Shown one piece after another: positions 1-10,110 of a stretch of DNA of 64,000 nucleotides (the first letter of the stretch is position 1; the number at the start of each line of letters is the position of its first letter). The notes beneath the pieces were generated by a model that was given only the letters and a program-made list of their open reading frames with translations, ran no database searches and was not told the origin of the DNA. The translations under genes were made by a program, and so were the position numbers. Source of the stretch: Patescibacteria group bacterium (lineage in GTDB: Bacteria > Patescibacteriota > UBA1384 > XYA2-FULL-43-10 > 1-14-0-10-43-13); contig JBAZNP010000001.1 in NCBI GenBank assembly GCA_041649155.1, positions 366,564-430,563 on the forward strand. Direction: 5' to 3'.

Positions 1-83
1 TAAAAGGCAAAGCTAAAAACTTCTTTTCGAAAGAAGCAAAAACTGCCATCGTCGCTTTTATTCTGGAGTGGTGGTGGGCTATT

Positions 84-950
84 TTGTTAGTAATTTTAAT
101 AATTATCGGCGGCTTTTTGGCATTCAGCTATTTCTTTGGCAATGCAGGCAGAAGCCCGAGTGAAACCGGCCAAAGCATAGTGCAGGCAGCTGATCCAATT
201 AAAGATAAGGCAATGATCCAGAAAGTTCTGGCGTTGTCAGGAAACGGAACTGTCAATAGTCAAGAGCTACAGCAATTGGCGGATGAGCTGGAAGCAATCA
301 AACAATATGCGGACGACAGCACGGACCAGAAAATTGACGTATTGATTAATAAAATCCAAAAATTTAATCAGCTTAACAAACAAAACGGTACAAGCATTAT
401 TAGTTCCCTCAAAGAAATCGTAAGCGAAATTAATGGATGCGTTGAAGTGGCGACAAGTGACTTTTTTAAGTTTGCTTATAACGAAGATGAAGATACTAAA
501 AAAGAAATTTTAGCAGACAAGCTTAAAAGACAAGATGGCCAAACGACACAGCTCGACAAGAGAATTTGTCGCTTACTAGTTACCATTGAAAATAACAAAG
601 AAGCCATCGGAATAAATGACGTCTCAATAACAGCTTTAGTTGATCATAAGGTTTACTCCGGGACCAGAACACATGCAAATGGCAGAGCAGTTGACCTTGA
701 CTGGAGAGATGATAACGACACCAAGATAATTAAATGGATTTTTAATAATTATGACAGCTTAAAACAACAAGGAATCGCGCCTTATGAGGTGAAAGAACCG
801 TTCACTCAATATTTAATTGCCCAAGATGGCGCATTAAAAGGAAGTGACGCTCTCAGTGCAAAAGGGTTCGACAAATCGTCCTTACAGAACCATGGATGGA
901 CTGAATCCGGTACCGTTGGGAGCAATAGCCATATTCACATCGATATTTAA
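84..950 (+). CDS. N-terminally membrane-anchored protein with LAS/peptidase-M15-like zinc-binding signature (SGTRTHANGRAVD = SxHxxGxAxD; C-terminal HIHID). Frame is open to the window edge, so the true start may lie upstream of the window
   Basis: ORF 84-950 (TTG at 84; no in-frame stop back to nt 3). Lys-rich segment then hydrophobic helix. Motif seen by eye. Stop is 2 nt before the giant ORF start. Confidence 0.5.
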   Translation: MLVILIIIGGFLAFSYFFGNAGRSPSETGQSIVQAADPIKDKAMIQKVLALSGNGTVNSQELQQLADELEAIKQYADDSTDQKIDVLINKIQKFNQLNKQNGTSIISSLKEIVSEINGCVEVATSDFFKFAYNEDEDTKKEILADKLKRQDGQTTQLDKRICRLLVTIENNKEAIGINDVSITALVDHKVYSGTRTHANGRAVDLDWRDDNDTKIIKWIFNNYDSLKQQGIAPYEVKEPFTQYLIAQDGALKGSDALSAKGFDKSSLQNHGWTESGTVGSNSHIHIDI

Positions 951-952
951 TT

Positions 953-3900
953 ATGAAAAATTTTCTAAAAAATTTCTTAATCCTAACTATATGTTTTTCC
1001 ACTACTTTTGGGAATTATTTTGCATTTTTCACGCCCCAAAAGACATCAGCCGCAGAAACAACCACAGCAAAACAGGGTGATGGAGAGGCTTCGGAGACAC
1101 CGGATGATAGCAACTTGACAGACAAAGAGACTATCCCCATAGAAGCACAAACTTTAACACAGCATGTTTATAATAGCCAGATTAATACAAATGGGTTTGA
1201 GGATATTAATGACTTGTTTGCTTCTTCTTCAGACCCTAAAATCATTCTTAACGCCGATGATGCTTCTGCCGTGCGCTCACTCTCCTGCATGTCTTCTCTC
1301 ATACCGAACTTTGCGACTAATACTAAAAAACTTTTTGAAATTTTGCCCTCTTCTTCAAGGCCAAGTACCGAGGCAGAACTTTCTGCACTTAAGCTTAGCA
1401 ATTCTGATAAGTTTTATAGTCTGGTCTCACAAGCACAGAATATCTGGTACGAAAATAATGAGGGCTTTATATTAAATGACATGAGCACTTTGGAATGTTT
1501 ATCAGGTCTTTCTGCTAACGAAATTGTTGATTTAAGGGCAAGAGATCCACAGCAGTTAACAACAATCATCAATGATTCAAAAGAATCTCTTACAATCGAC
1601 ATAAGAGTCTTAAAAACACTAATCTACTTAGTCACCCCAAAAAATCAAGGTGGTGCCGGCCATTATAGAATAAAGGTAGCGCGCATAAGAACTGGTTACA
1701 CTTCAAAATCAAGGCAAACTTCCAGAGAGTCAAATTATATAGTGGATCAGCTCAACAGCAGCACTACAACAACCACAAGCAGCAGTGATCTTTCAGGGGA
1801 AACAGCTGCCGAAATCGGGATGAATCGGGACATCAGCAGTTCAGACTCATACGACTTAGACGGAACAAACGCAACAGCAATTGTTGAAGACGAAAATGGT
1901 GATGAGTATGATGCCTATATTAATGATCAGCTTCAAAATGAAGATGAATCTACCGATAGTAGCACAAGTAGCGATAAAACTGAAAAGAATATATCAGCTC
2001 ACTCTGAAGGAAAAGCTATTGATATCTCAGAAGTAGATGATATTCGATGTACATTAATCGAGAGAAAAAGAGTCGGACACACTAGCAAAACCAGTTATTC
2101 CCAAAGACCGATTAAACTAGCATGGCAAACACAAGAAGGCTATGCTGAGTCCGGAGGATATGACGGAGGCGATCTAGGCCAACTTTTTAAAGAATCTGCG
2201 TCAGACGAGATTAGAAGTCTGATCGAAGAACTGGGCGGAGATCCAAGTAATTATGATGGAGATCTTTCACAAGGAAACTTTTCCGACATCGTTCAGGTGA
2301 TAGGAAAATCATTATTCTCTCAAATTATCAATTCCCCTTCATCTAATTTCTCCGGTTACGATTTTCAAGATACTTTGCAAAAAATCGGCAGCGTGTATTT
2401 TGCTGATTTATTAGGTCTAGAAAAAGAAATTTTTGTAGATCAAGATATCACTTCCCTAGATGATCTTCAAAGAGTTGTTGGGCAAGCAGCGCTAGAAGAA
2501 CGCTTAAATCTTCCTTTCGGGACATTTACCGGCGACACGCTCGAAGACACTCTTCTAAATATCGGTCAGAGAAAAATTGAGTATGAAATGGGGCTAAATT
2601 CATCTTCTCTCAACAGTCTCTTAAATGACAATACGCAAAGTCTGCCCTTGATAGTCGGGGAAGCAGCAATAGAAAAAGCCCTTTCATTAAAAGAAGGATC
2701 TTTCACCGGCAATAGTTTCTCAGAACTCAAAAAGAATGTGGGTGAGATTAAAGGAAAAACGATATTCATCGATACAACCTATCCAGATAACATTCTCCAC
2801 CTTGACTCGGGGACAACAAACAAATTAGTATCCGGACAATTAAGCCCTATCGCCTACACAACGCTAGTTGGGCAAACAAGACTTGATGATACTGCATATG
2901 GATTTAAATATTTGTCGACCCATGAAAGTGCCTATAACTTACCGGAAGGCACTTGGTCCAATGCACTCTTGGGCAAAAAAGATGCCCTAAAAACCATCGG
3001 CGTAAATACGATCTCTAAAGCCTTTGCGACAGACGATGAACAACGGACTGCAATGGAAAAATGGCTCATCAGCAACACAGCAAAAAATTCGGATGATGAT
3101 TGCACCATAAACCTATATCCCGAAGTAAACATCACTGTTAAGGACGAAGATAAAACAGTTGCGATACTCGAAGATAATGCAATCGAAGCCGGGCTAGCTA
3201 CAGGAGATTTTTACAAAATGTTCGGTTGCGCAAAATCAAATCCGGCAAGCGTTTTTGAAAAAACCGGCAGCAAAATCCTTTATTATGCACTAGCCAATTA
3301 TGATTCAAGCTCAGAAGAAAAATTTAAGATTGATCTTATGGATACCAATTCGGAGTATAAACTTTTACAAAATGATCAGCTTGAATTTTATCTGCCCAGA
3401 ATTCAGGAAATGAATACTACTACAAACCGGATTACTAGTAACTGGGAAGACCAAAGTTCACAGTTAGATTATCAGCCTATCATGGCTTCTCTAAGTCATA
3501 TTAAAAGTATCGTCGGGGACTCAAAATATTATTCAAACAAAAACACTATCCAAACTGCCTCAAAAAAAATATCAATTGAAATTGGCATCTTAAAATCCAT
3601 ATTTGAAAAAGATCAAAAAGAACATCAGGAATTAAAAAATAAAATTAATTCAACACACATAGACATCAACAGGCTAACAACCTTATCAAGCGAAATACTA
3701 GAAGGAAGAATAGTCCCGTCAACTGAGAATATTCAATTAAGCCAAATACCCGCTTCAGGGCTTACCAGCGATGCCGAGCAGTACAGCGAATCTTCTTCAG
3801 CGTCAGGAAAAACAGGCAAGGTCGGCATAATGCTTCTCCTTGCAAGAAAAATCGATCCTAAAGACTTCTTTTTGTCCGTCGGAACGGACAAAACCGAGAC

Positions 3901-6900
3901 TGAGCTTAGTTTGCCTCAAAATTCACTTTATTATTACGTGCAGAATTTGGAGAAAAAGGGATTATCAGGTCAAGACGCTTTCTATCAATCGATCGGACAA
4001 GCCAAAATTGAAGAGGAATTCGGTATGCCTAGCTTCTATTTCCAAGGGTCTCTCTATAAGATAACCGACAAGCCAGATTTCCAGAACGATCTGGACTCGT
4101 TAATGAAATATAATGGATTCAACCAAGATGATAAACTCTATGATTCAACTAAAGACTATATTTTTCAGGCCAAAACAAAGAATGTAGGGGTATTTAACTA
4201 TTATGTTCAAAAAGCCGAAAACAAATACAGTGAAGGGCTCGCTAAGTATAAAAAAGAAATCAATACTGAAGGAAGCAGCAAAGTAGTCGAGAGCACCCTG
4301 AATGACCTGATTACAAATGTTAAAGCAAACGGATTAACCGACGGAATACGTTCGGCAGAAAATGATTTGCTATTTAGAATGGGAATAGCAGGAAATTTAC
4401 AATCCCTCATGAATGATAGTCCGATTGCCTGGAGTACAGCGAATAAGACCGCCAGTGAAATCGACAAGAAGCTATCTCTCGAAGACGGAACCACTAGATC
4501 TCTGTTTACCAGCAGCTTCGTCCCCTTAAACGACGGCAAAGACATTTTAGGTGAAAATGATAAAAAGATTGTTTCCGGCAAACTAGAAATAACAACAAGC
4601 GCAATCAATAAATATCTGGAAGCTTTAAATGGGGATATAGACCCAGATGATCTCACAACAGCAGGCCAGGAAATAACCTATAACTCTTCTAACCCCTACG
4701 CAGCAAAAACCGATGCTTCCACAGATAACTTGTGTACCAGCTTGTTTAATGCCAGCGACAACGGGATCTCCTTGTCAAAGCAATTCGTAAATGATTCTTT
4801 CTGGTTCAGAGACAAAGACGGAATAGTATTTGCCCAAAATCAGGAAAGCGCAAAACAACTAAGAGACCAAAATTCTGACAAAAAAATTACATTTCTAGAG
4901 GAAATTGCCATTGGATTAGCGAAAGTAACAGGGAAAAGCCAAAGTGAAGTTCAGAACGCTTTGTTGGCTTATCTCAAAAACGGCGGTCAGAAAACTCTGT
5001 TCAGCTTTTCTGACGAGCAGTACGAGGCGATGGAGAAAAGTTCAGGCATACCAAAAGACATTCTTCAGAAATTATTTGTACGTCAAAACGCTACCCAAAT
5101 CAACAATTCTCTCTCAGCTTACAAAAAAGCAGTCGGCCAAAGCACAGCTAAAAAAATTATAAATTATAAACTTTTCCAGGGACTAGGGGTGAGTCTAGAC
5201 TCTACTTCATTTGATTCTGACAGCCTATACGAAATAATGAACGGAAATTACAAACCTTTGTATGACATCGGGGCATTATTGATTGATAAAAAATTAAATC
5301 TGCCGACAGGAACGATCACGGATATAACTACGGCCAGCACACAAAAAATGAAAACCTGTGCTTTGGCGGAAGCCGGCGGCGGTATGCTGGGAGGATTAAT
5401 CGGCCTGAACTATGTATCAATGAAAGGCGACATCAGAACAAATCTCGGGCAATCAGTGATAGAAACAACTTTGAACTTGCCGCGAGGCACTTTTAAAGGA
5501 AATTCTCTCGACGAACTAGTTAAGAGCACTTCTCCCGTCAACTTTGTGCTCGGCTTCCAAATTCCAATAGAAGGGGTTGTGTCCAGCGATATAGTTCAGG
5601 GGATATTTGGCACAACTACTGCCAAAATGTCATCCAGCGACATTACTGACACGATGAAACTTAACCAAATTAAAAATTATCTTGAAGTAAAAAGTCTGTT
5701 ATCGAGCTCTGAAAGTAAAGCTGTCTCTAATTTAGACAACAAACTTGAAAGCCAAATCAAACTCATATCAAGCGATTCCTCTAAATGGACTACCAATTTT
5801 CAAAATCGTGTTAAGTTTTTGGACAACATCCTCGGGCTATCTGCCGACACGACAAAAAATATGCTTACGGGGGGGATCAGCCCGAATGCTTATCTGGACA
5901 TGGCAGCAGGCAAGTCGCTTCAAGGCATAGCGGCTCTTAACGTAATTAATATTTTCGACTTAGAAGAATACCAAAGTGCAGCAGCGATGAACTTGGTTAG
6001 AAACTTCGGATCGATGATAACCAATGGACAATATAATGATATCTACTCTTCTCTATCAGATGTATTTAATGTCAACTTGGACGCAAAAGCTGGATTTACC
6101 AAAGGGACAGCCTCTAATGTATTGGGAGACCCAAAAAATGCAGCAAAAATACTTCTGGCAGAAGGAATAAAAAAAGTCGACCAAAGTTTGGGCTTAGACT
6201 CAAATAGCGACACCTCCTTAACCAAGTTATATGATTATCAGCAAACAAATCTTGAGCAATGCAAGGCATCAATTTTACAACCAGAGCAAGAAGCTGCGCT
6301 GAAAGACGAGGAAATCCAACTTAAATTGCCAAACTTGACCACAAATAATGATGCGAGATTAGCCGAGATATCAAACACAAGATCCACCGCTAACCAGAGC
6401 TACAATGATTGCAAAACGCAATCCATAGAAGAAGCCACAACTTCATCCCATCTCATATTCAGAACTGCAGTGAACGATAAAATTTCATCCGCAATATCCA
6501 ACAAGATTTCTGAAATTACACAGGGCACTATTATTATGCCGAAAGAAGATGTCAGCAACTTCATTAAAAACGGCGATATGAAATATTTCGAAACAATAGG
6601 ATTGGCATATGCAGCAAACATAGTATTAAACAAAGCGGGCAATAACGAACTTGTGCCTCCAGGGATGAGGATAACCTATAAAGATTTATATCTGGCAACT
6701 TTCGGCGATAGAAACGCTGAAGCAAGTGCCGGAGATGCAGCTGTTTACGCCGATGTAAACAATATAACCTACTCTGACTTCAATACTCCGTACAGATACG
6801 GCGACGTTTGTGGCACGCTTGGAAGCATAGGTTGCCTTAATGCTGATAGCTACTTGAGCATGGATTCTTCCAGTGCATTGCCTCGAGACGAAAGTCAACT

Positions 6901-8431
6901 TGTGGCAGCTAATCAGGCTTCGACAAACGCTATGTACGGCTACAACCCAAGTGACGCGGCTACTGTTAGCACTGCTAGTTCCAAATACCAGACCAAATAC
7001 GGAGACAATCTAACTATCGCCAATAGCGATCAATGTAAACAGGATCCAATGTCTGAAACATGTCAAAAAGCTGCAGGCGCTTTAACCAATCTTAACAGTG
7101 TAAAGGGTGAAGCACGACAAAAATCGAGACAAACTTTTATCGACGACCTAAAGTACAAAACGACCGACGCTCTTCTCTGGAATCTTGATAAGAACGTCTA
7201 CCCCGGACTTAGTTACGCCCTCTTAAGGGGAGATGCGACAGTAAAGCAAAACGCTATGGCCAACTACATACGAAACGGCATTATGAGAGGGGAACTTTTT
7301 GGCATCGATATTAGTTCTAGATTAAAAAATGTCGGGGAATGGATTAACACTTATGATACTTTTTCCGATCTTACATCAGCAGTATCAAACGGGGGGTTAG
7401 ACAGCTTTTTCCAATCAGGCGGCGGTTATACTGCTCTTAATGACTTCGTCAACAATAACTCAAAGAACTGGTTTGGCTTTGATATGCCGGAAAATATGCT
7501 TGGAGGCTTGACCGTCGGTTTATCTACGGGCGTTTGGGACGCTAGCAAATTAGACCTCTCAGATTCAAGACTTATTAAATTTGATGGAGGGATTTATAAA
7601 GGCACAAACGGTAAATTACAGATACCTACCATGACCCAGATTGGCAAAAATTTACTGAACGATAAAATAACAGATCTAAAAAATGGTTTGGAAGGTAAAT
7701 TGTTCTCTTGGACCGACAAAATTCTTGGATGGGACTCAGGAACGGCTTATCAAACATACCAAGCATATGAGAATGTTCAAAAAGCCAGAGAAGCATATAT
7801 AAACATTAAAGATATTTCTGGAGCAGCTAAAGCAAAAGCAGCAGCAGATTATGATGCAGCCAAAGCTCAATTAATTACATTCGTAGTCACTACAGTTTTT
7901 TCAAAACAGATAGCTGCAGCAGAAGAATCACTTGGTTTGGTTTCAGGGACAGGCTCAATGCTTGCAACGATGCTTATCACTGGTTTCAACCCCATAGGCT
8001 TGATTACGTTTGTCGGAATGAATTTATTTATGGTTTATAAGGTAGAGCTAAAATGTAGCGCGGATGGTTATTATCCAGAAATGCAGGCCGGAACTTCTTC
8101 AAATGTGGTTGATGTAACAGGATTGGGAGTATGGAACGGGATGAGTCAAGAAACCTCAAAAAAGAAGTCCATTGAAGCGGCCCAGTATAAAGCAAGCCGA
8201 TTGATCGGAGACGTACTGTCAATGCAGGACAGCCCTAAATACGCCGACGTAATTCCAAGTCAGATTATGACTGGACGACAAGAGGATGTTGATTTATGGG
8301 ACCCTGCAATCACATATTACCTATGCTCAAAACTCGGCAACACTTCTATAAAGGGAATTTGTGGAGGAAATACAAGAGCTGGAGTGTGGGAGAATCCACA
8401 AACAGTAGCTCTGACACATATAGGATTTTAG
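953..8431 (+). CDS. Giant (2492 aa) secreted/surface protein. N-terminal signal peptide, Ser/Thr/Asp-rich low-complexity segments, internal LNLPxGT repeats, an SAHSEGKAID (SxHxxGxAxD) motif, and two C-terminal TM helices followed by a Cys-containing tail
   Basis: Single uninterrupted 7479-nt ORF. Signal-peptide-like N-terminus MKNFLKNFLILTICFSTTFG. Hydrophobic helices near residues 2290-2340. Terminator hairpin plus T-run at 8578-8604. Confidence 0.75.
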   Translation: MKNFLKNFLILTICFSTTFGNYFAFFTPQKTSAAETTTAKQGDGEASETPDDSNLTDKETIPIEAQTLTQHVYNSQINTNGFEDINDLFASSSDPKIILNADDASAVRSLSCMSSLIPNFATNTKKLFEILPSSSRPSTEAELSALKLSNSDKFYSLVSQAQNIWYENNEGFILNDMSTLECLSGLSANEIVDLRARDPQQLTTIINDSKESLTIDIRVLKTLIYLVTPKNQGGAGHYRIKVARIRTGYTSKSRQTSRESNYIVDQLNSSTTTTTSSSDLSGETAAEIGMNRDISSSDSYDLDGTNATAIVEDENGDEYDAYINDQLQNEDESTDSSTSSDKTEKNISAHSEGKAIDISEVDDIRCTLIERKRVGHTSKTSYSQRPIKLAWQTQEGYAESGGYDGGDLGQLFKESASDEIRSLIEELGGDPSNYDGDLSQGNFSDIVQVIGKSLFSQIINSPSSNFSGYDFQDTLQKIGSVYFADLLGLEKEIFVDQDITSLDDLQRVVGQAALEERLNLPFGTFTGDTLEDTLLNIGQRKIEYEMGLNSSSLNSLLNDNTQSLPLIVGEAAIEKALSLKEGSFTGNSFSELKKNVGEIKGKTIFIDTTYPDNILHLDSGTTNKLVSGQLSPIAYTTLVGQTRLDDTAYGFKYLSTHESAYNLPEGTWSNALLGKKDALKTIGVNTISKAFATDDEQRTAMEKWLISNTAKNSDDDCTINLYPEVNITVKDEDKTVAILEDNAIEAGLATGDFYKMFGCAKSNPASVFEKTGSKILYYALANYDSSSEEKFKIDLMDTNSEYKLLQNDQLEFYLPRIQEMNTTTNRITSNWEDQSSQLDYQPIMASLSHIKSIVGDSKYYSNKNTIQTASKKISIEIGILKSIFEKDQKEHQELKNKINSTHIDINRLTTLSSEILEGRIVPSTENIQLSQIPASGLTSDAEQYSESSSASGKTGKVGIMLLLARKIDPKDFFLSVGTDKTETELSLPQNSLYYYVQNLEKKGLSGQDAFYQSIGQAKIEEEFGMPSFYFQGSLYKITDKPDFQNDLDSLMKYNGFNQDDKLYDSTKDYIFQAKTKNVGVFNYYVQKAENKYSEGLAKYKKEINTEGSSKVVESTLNDLITNVKANGLTDGIRSAENDLLFRMGIAGNLQSLMNDSPIAWSTANKTASEIDKKLSLEDGTTRSLFTSSFVPLNDGKDILGENDKKIVSGKLEITTSAINKYLEALNGDIDPDDLTTAGQEITYNSSNPYAAKTDASTDNLCTSLFNASDNGISLSKQFVNDSFWFRDKDGIVFAQNQESAKQLRDQNSDKKITFLEEIAIGLAKVTGKSQSEVQNALLAYLKNGGQKTLFSFSDEQYEAMEKSSGIPKDILQKLFVRQNATQINNSLSAYKKAVGQSTAKKIINYKLFQGLGVSLDSTSFDSDSLYEIMNGNYKPLYDIGALLIDKKLNLPTGTITDITTASTQKMKTCALAEAGGGMLGGLIGLNYVSMKGDIRTNLGQSVIETTLNLPRGTFKGNSLDELVKSTSPVNFVLGFQIPIEGVVSSDIVQGIFGTTTAKMSSSDITDTMKLNQIKNYLEVKSLLSSSESKAVSNLDNKLESQIKLISSDSSKWTTNFQNRVKFLDNILGLSADTTKNMLTGGISPNAYLDMAAGKSLQGIAALNVINIFDLEEYQSAAAMNLVRNFGSMITNGQYNDIYSSLSDVFNVNLDAKAGFTKGTASNVLGDPKNAAKILLAEGIKKVDQSLGLDSNSDTSLTKLYDYQQTNLEQCKASILQPEQEAALKDEEIQLKLPNLTTNNDARLAEISNTRSTANQSYNDCKTQSIEEATTSSHLIFRTAVNDKISSAISNKISEITQGTIIMPKEDVSNFIKNGDMKYFETIGLAYAANIVLNKAGNNELVPPGMRITYKDLYLATFGDRNAEASAGDAAVYADVNNITYSDFNTPYRYGDVCGTLGSIGCLNADSYLSMDSSSALPRDESQLVAANQASTNAMYGYNPSDAATVSTASSKYQTKYGDNLTIANSDQCKQDPMSETCQKAAGALTNLNSVKGEARQKSRQTFIDDLKYKTTDALLWNLDKNVYPGLSYALLRGDATVKQNAMANYIRNGIMRGELFGIDISSRLKNVGEWINTYDTFSDLTSAVSNGGLDSFFQSGGGYTALNDFVNNNSKNWFGFDMPENMLGGLTVGLSTGVWDASKLDLSDSRLIKFDGGIYKGTNGKLQIPTMTQIGKNLLNDKITDLKNGLEGKLFSWTDKILGWDSGTAYQTYQAYENVQKAREAYINIKDISGAAKAKAAADYDAAKAQLITFVVTTVFSKQIAAAEESLGLVSGTGSMLATMLITGFNPIGLITFVGMNLFMVYKVELKCSADGYYPEMQAGTSSNVVDVTGLGVWNGMSQETSKKKSIEAAQYKASRLIGDVLSMQDSPKYADVIPSQIMTGRQEDVDLWDPAITYYLCSKLGNTSIKGICGGNTRAGVWENPQTVALTHIGF

Positions 8432-8550
8432 CTGCTGCTAATTTAAAATTTTCAATTTAGAATTTAAAATGAATTATTAATTTTTTAATGTTTAAACATT
8501 TAGATTTTTAAATTGAATTTATAATTTGTAAATTATAAATTTTAAATTTA

Positions 8551-8823
8551 CTAGTTAGTATTAACTATTCTTAAATTTCGGACGATCTTTCGTCCGATTT
8601 TTTTATTGAGATAATCTATCAAATCTTCCGACAGCATTTGTAGCTCCGAAGCCTCAGAAGAAGACATCGCAGAAACCTTTAAAACGCCCCCAGAAAAAGA
8701 AATTGGGGCTACAGACATCTTGCCCCAGTTTTCAACATAAAAACAAATCTGGGCGCTTTCTGTGGTCTTGGCGAGGCCCTTCTTTGCCAGACTTGCCCTT
8801 AAAATTTTATCTAATTTTTCCAT
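8551..8823 (-). CDS. DUF721 (YaaB/RemB-like) small protein typically found next to recF
   Basis: 90 aa. Pattern ...W..M.V.P.SF.GGVLKV...SS.A.ELQ... and position immediately downstream of recF. Confidence 0.55.
   Translation of the reverse strand: MEKLDKILRASLAKKGLAKTTESAQICFYVENWGKMSVAPISFSGGVLKVSAMSSSEASELQMLSEDLIDYLNKKIGRKIVRNLRIVNTN
8578..8604 (+). terminator. Rho-independent terminator for the giant gene (tcggacga-tctt-tcgtccga + T7). Lies inside the convergent DUF721 coding 3' end
   Basis: Perfect 8-bp stem, 4-nt loop, run of 7 T. Confidence 0.55.
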
Positions 8824-8873
8824 GCTTGCTATTAGAAACTAGTTTATTTAAATATAATCTTACTGCTCGCTCT

Positions 8874-8903
8874 GTCATTCCCGCGAAGGCGGGAATCTAC
8901 TAA
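8874..8903. repeat. Short hairpin repeat, family H (gtcattcccgc-GAAG-gcgggaatctactaa)
   Basis: Perfect 8-bp stem with GAAG loop. Same unit recurs at 13766, 14114, 14162(inv), 25108(inv), 42044. Confidence 0.7.
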
Positions 8904-8999
8904 TGGTAAAAACTATCTTGTATCCACGGGCCATGGCGTTGCCTGCCCGAGGATGACGCAAGAAGAAAGGTTCGCCCCCAGCCCTCCACCCTCTGCCTT

Positions 9000-10073
9000 C
9001 TACTCTCTACTTGCTTTAATCTCAATAACTTTTGATTTTTTTAATAATTCCGGCGATAGATGGTCTGCTTCTGTTGAAGTAATTAGAGTTTGATACTGAG
9101 ACACAAGCTCGCCTAAGTGAGACCGCCTCTCCGGATCAAATTCAGAGAAAATATCATCCAAAAGAAGTATTGGTTTATCCATATCTTCCCCCGCTGCTAG
9201 ACCTTGTTCTTTAATTTTTTCCATATATTTAAGCTCAGAAATCTTCAGTGCCAGAATAGCAGATCTAATTTCTCCCCTCGAGGCAAAATTAGCCATGTTG
9301 CGGCCGTTCAACTCAAATACTACATCATCACGATGCGGGCCAACAAGGGATCTTCCGGAAGATATTTCCCTATATCTAAGTCGGTCTAAAACATCAGCTA
9401 AATCACCTTCAAAATTCTGACAATAAATCATTTTAAGATCCGCACCAAAATCACCAGAAATAGATCTGTAAAGATCAGGTAAAAATTCATTTATTTCATC
9501 AGCAGCCTTTTTTCTTCTCTTAATTATCAACTCTCCAAACTTGACCAGCTCCTTATCCCAAAAACTCATCTCCTGCTCGCTTGCCTGTCTTTTATTTATT
9601 CTTTGTAATAAATTATTTCTCTGTTGTTTAACTTTTTTATAACTGACTAAAGCTTCTAGATATTCTCTATCAACCTGACTTATCATTACGTCTAAAAATC
9701 GGCGTCTATCTGAAGGCGAACCGGAAATTATCGAAATAGTCTCTGCAGAAAAAACAACTGTGGGTAAAATTCCGACAAAGTTAGACAATTTTCGAACCAC
9801 TCCTTTTTCTTTAGCCTGCATGAAAAGGCGCGGCGTTCTGGTTAAAAAAATTTCCAGATTGTCCCCGCTTATTCTCGCATAATCAGAATTAAAATTAATC
9901 AAATTTTTCTTGTCATCTTCGCGAAATGAACGGCAGAAAGAAAGTAGAGCCACTGCCTCTAAAATATTACTTTTGCCAGCGCCGTTTAGCCCGACTAAAA
10001 CAGTGACCTGATCAAAATCAATTTCAAATTTCTGATGATTGCGAAAATTTTCTAGTTTAAGTCTTTTAAACAC
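9000..10073 (-). CDS. recF: DNA replication and repair protein RecF
   Basis: N-terminus MFKRLKLENFRNH...VLVGLNGAGKSNILEA (Walker A). 357 aa. Synteny dnaA-dnaN-recF. Confidence 0.9.
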   Translation of the reverse strand: MFKRLKLENFRNHQKFEIDFDQVTVLVGLNGAGKSNILEAVALLSFCRSFREDDKKNLINFNSDYARISGDNLEIFLTRTPRLFMQAKEKGVVRKLSNFVGILPTVVFSAETISIISGSPSDRRRFLDVMISQVDREYLEALVSYKKVKQQRNNLLQRINKRQASEQEMSFWDKELVKFGELIIKRRKKAADEINEFLPDLYRSISGDFGADLKMIYCQNFEGDLADVLDRLRYREISSGRSLVGPHRDDVVFELNGRNMANFASRGEIRSAILALKISELKYMEKIKEQGLAAGEDMDKPILLLDDIFSEFDPERRSHLGELVSQYQTLITSTEADHLSPELLKKSKVIEIKASRE

Positions 10074-10110
10074 AGCTTACCAAATTCTAAATTGAAAATT
10101 TTAAATTAAT

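Noticed and set aside
8432-8550. AT-rich aatttaaaattt-type tracts (also at 10081-10110, 24064-24100, 34081-34120, 50521-50558) as a specific repeat family
   Set aside because: They are low-complexity AT-rich intergenic sequence typical of the genome and too degenerate to call a defined element
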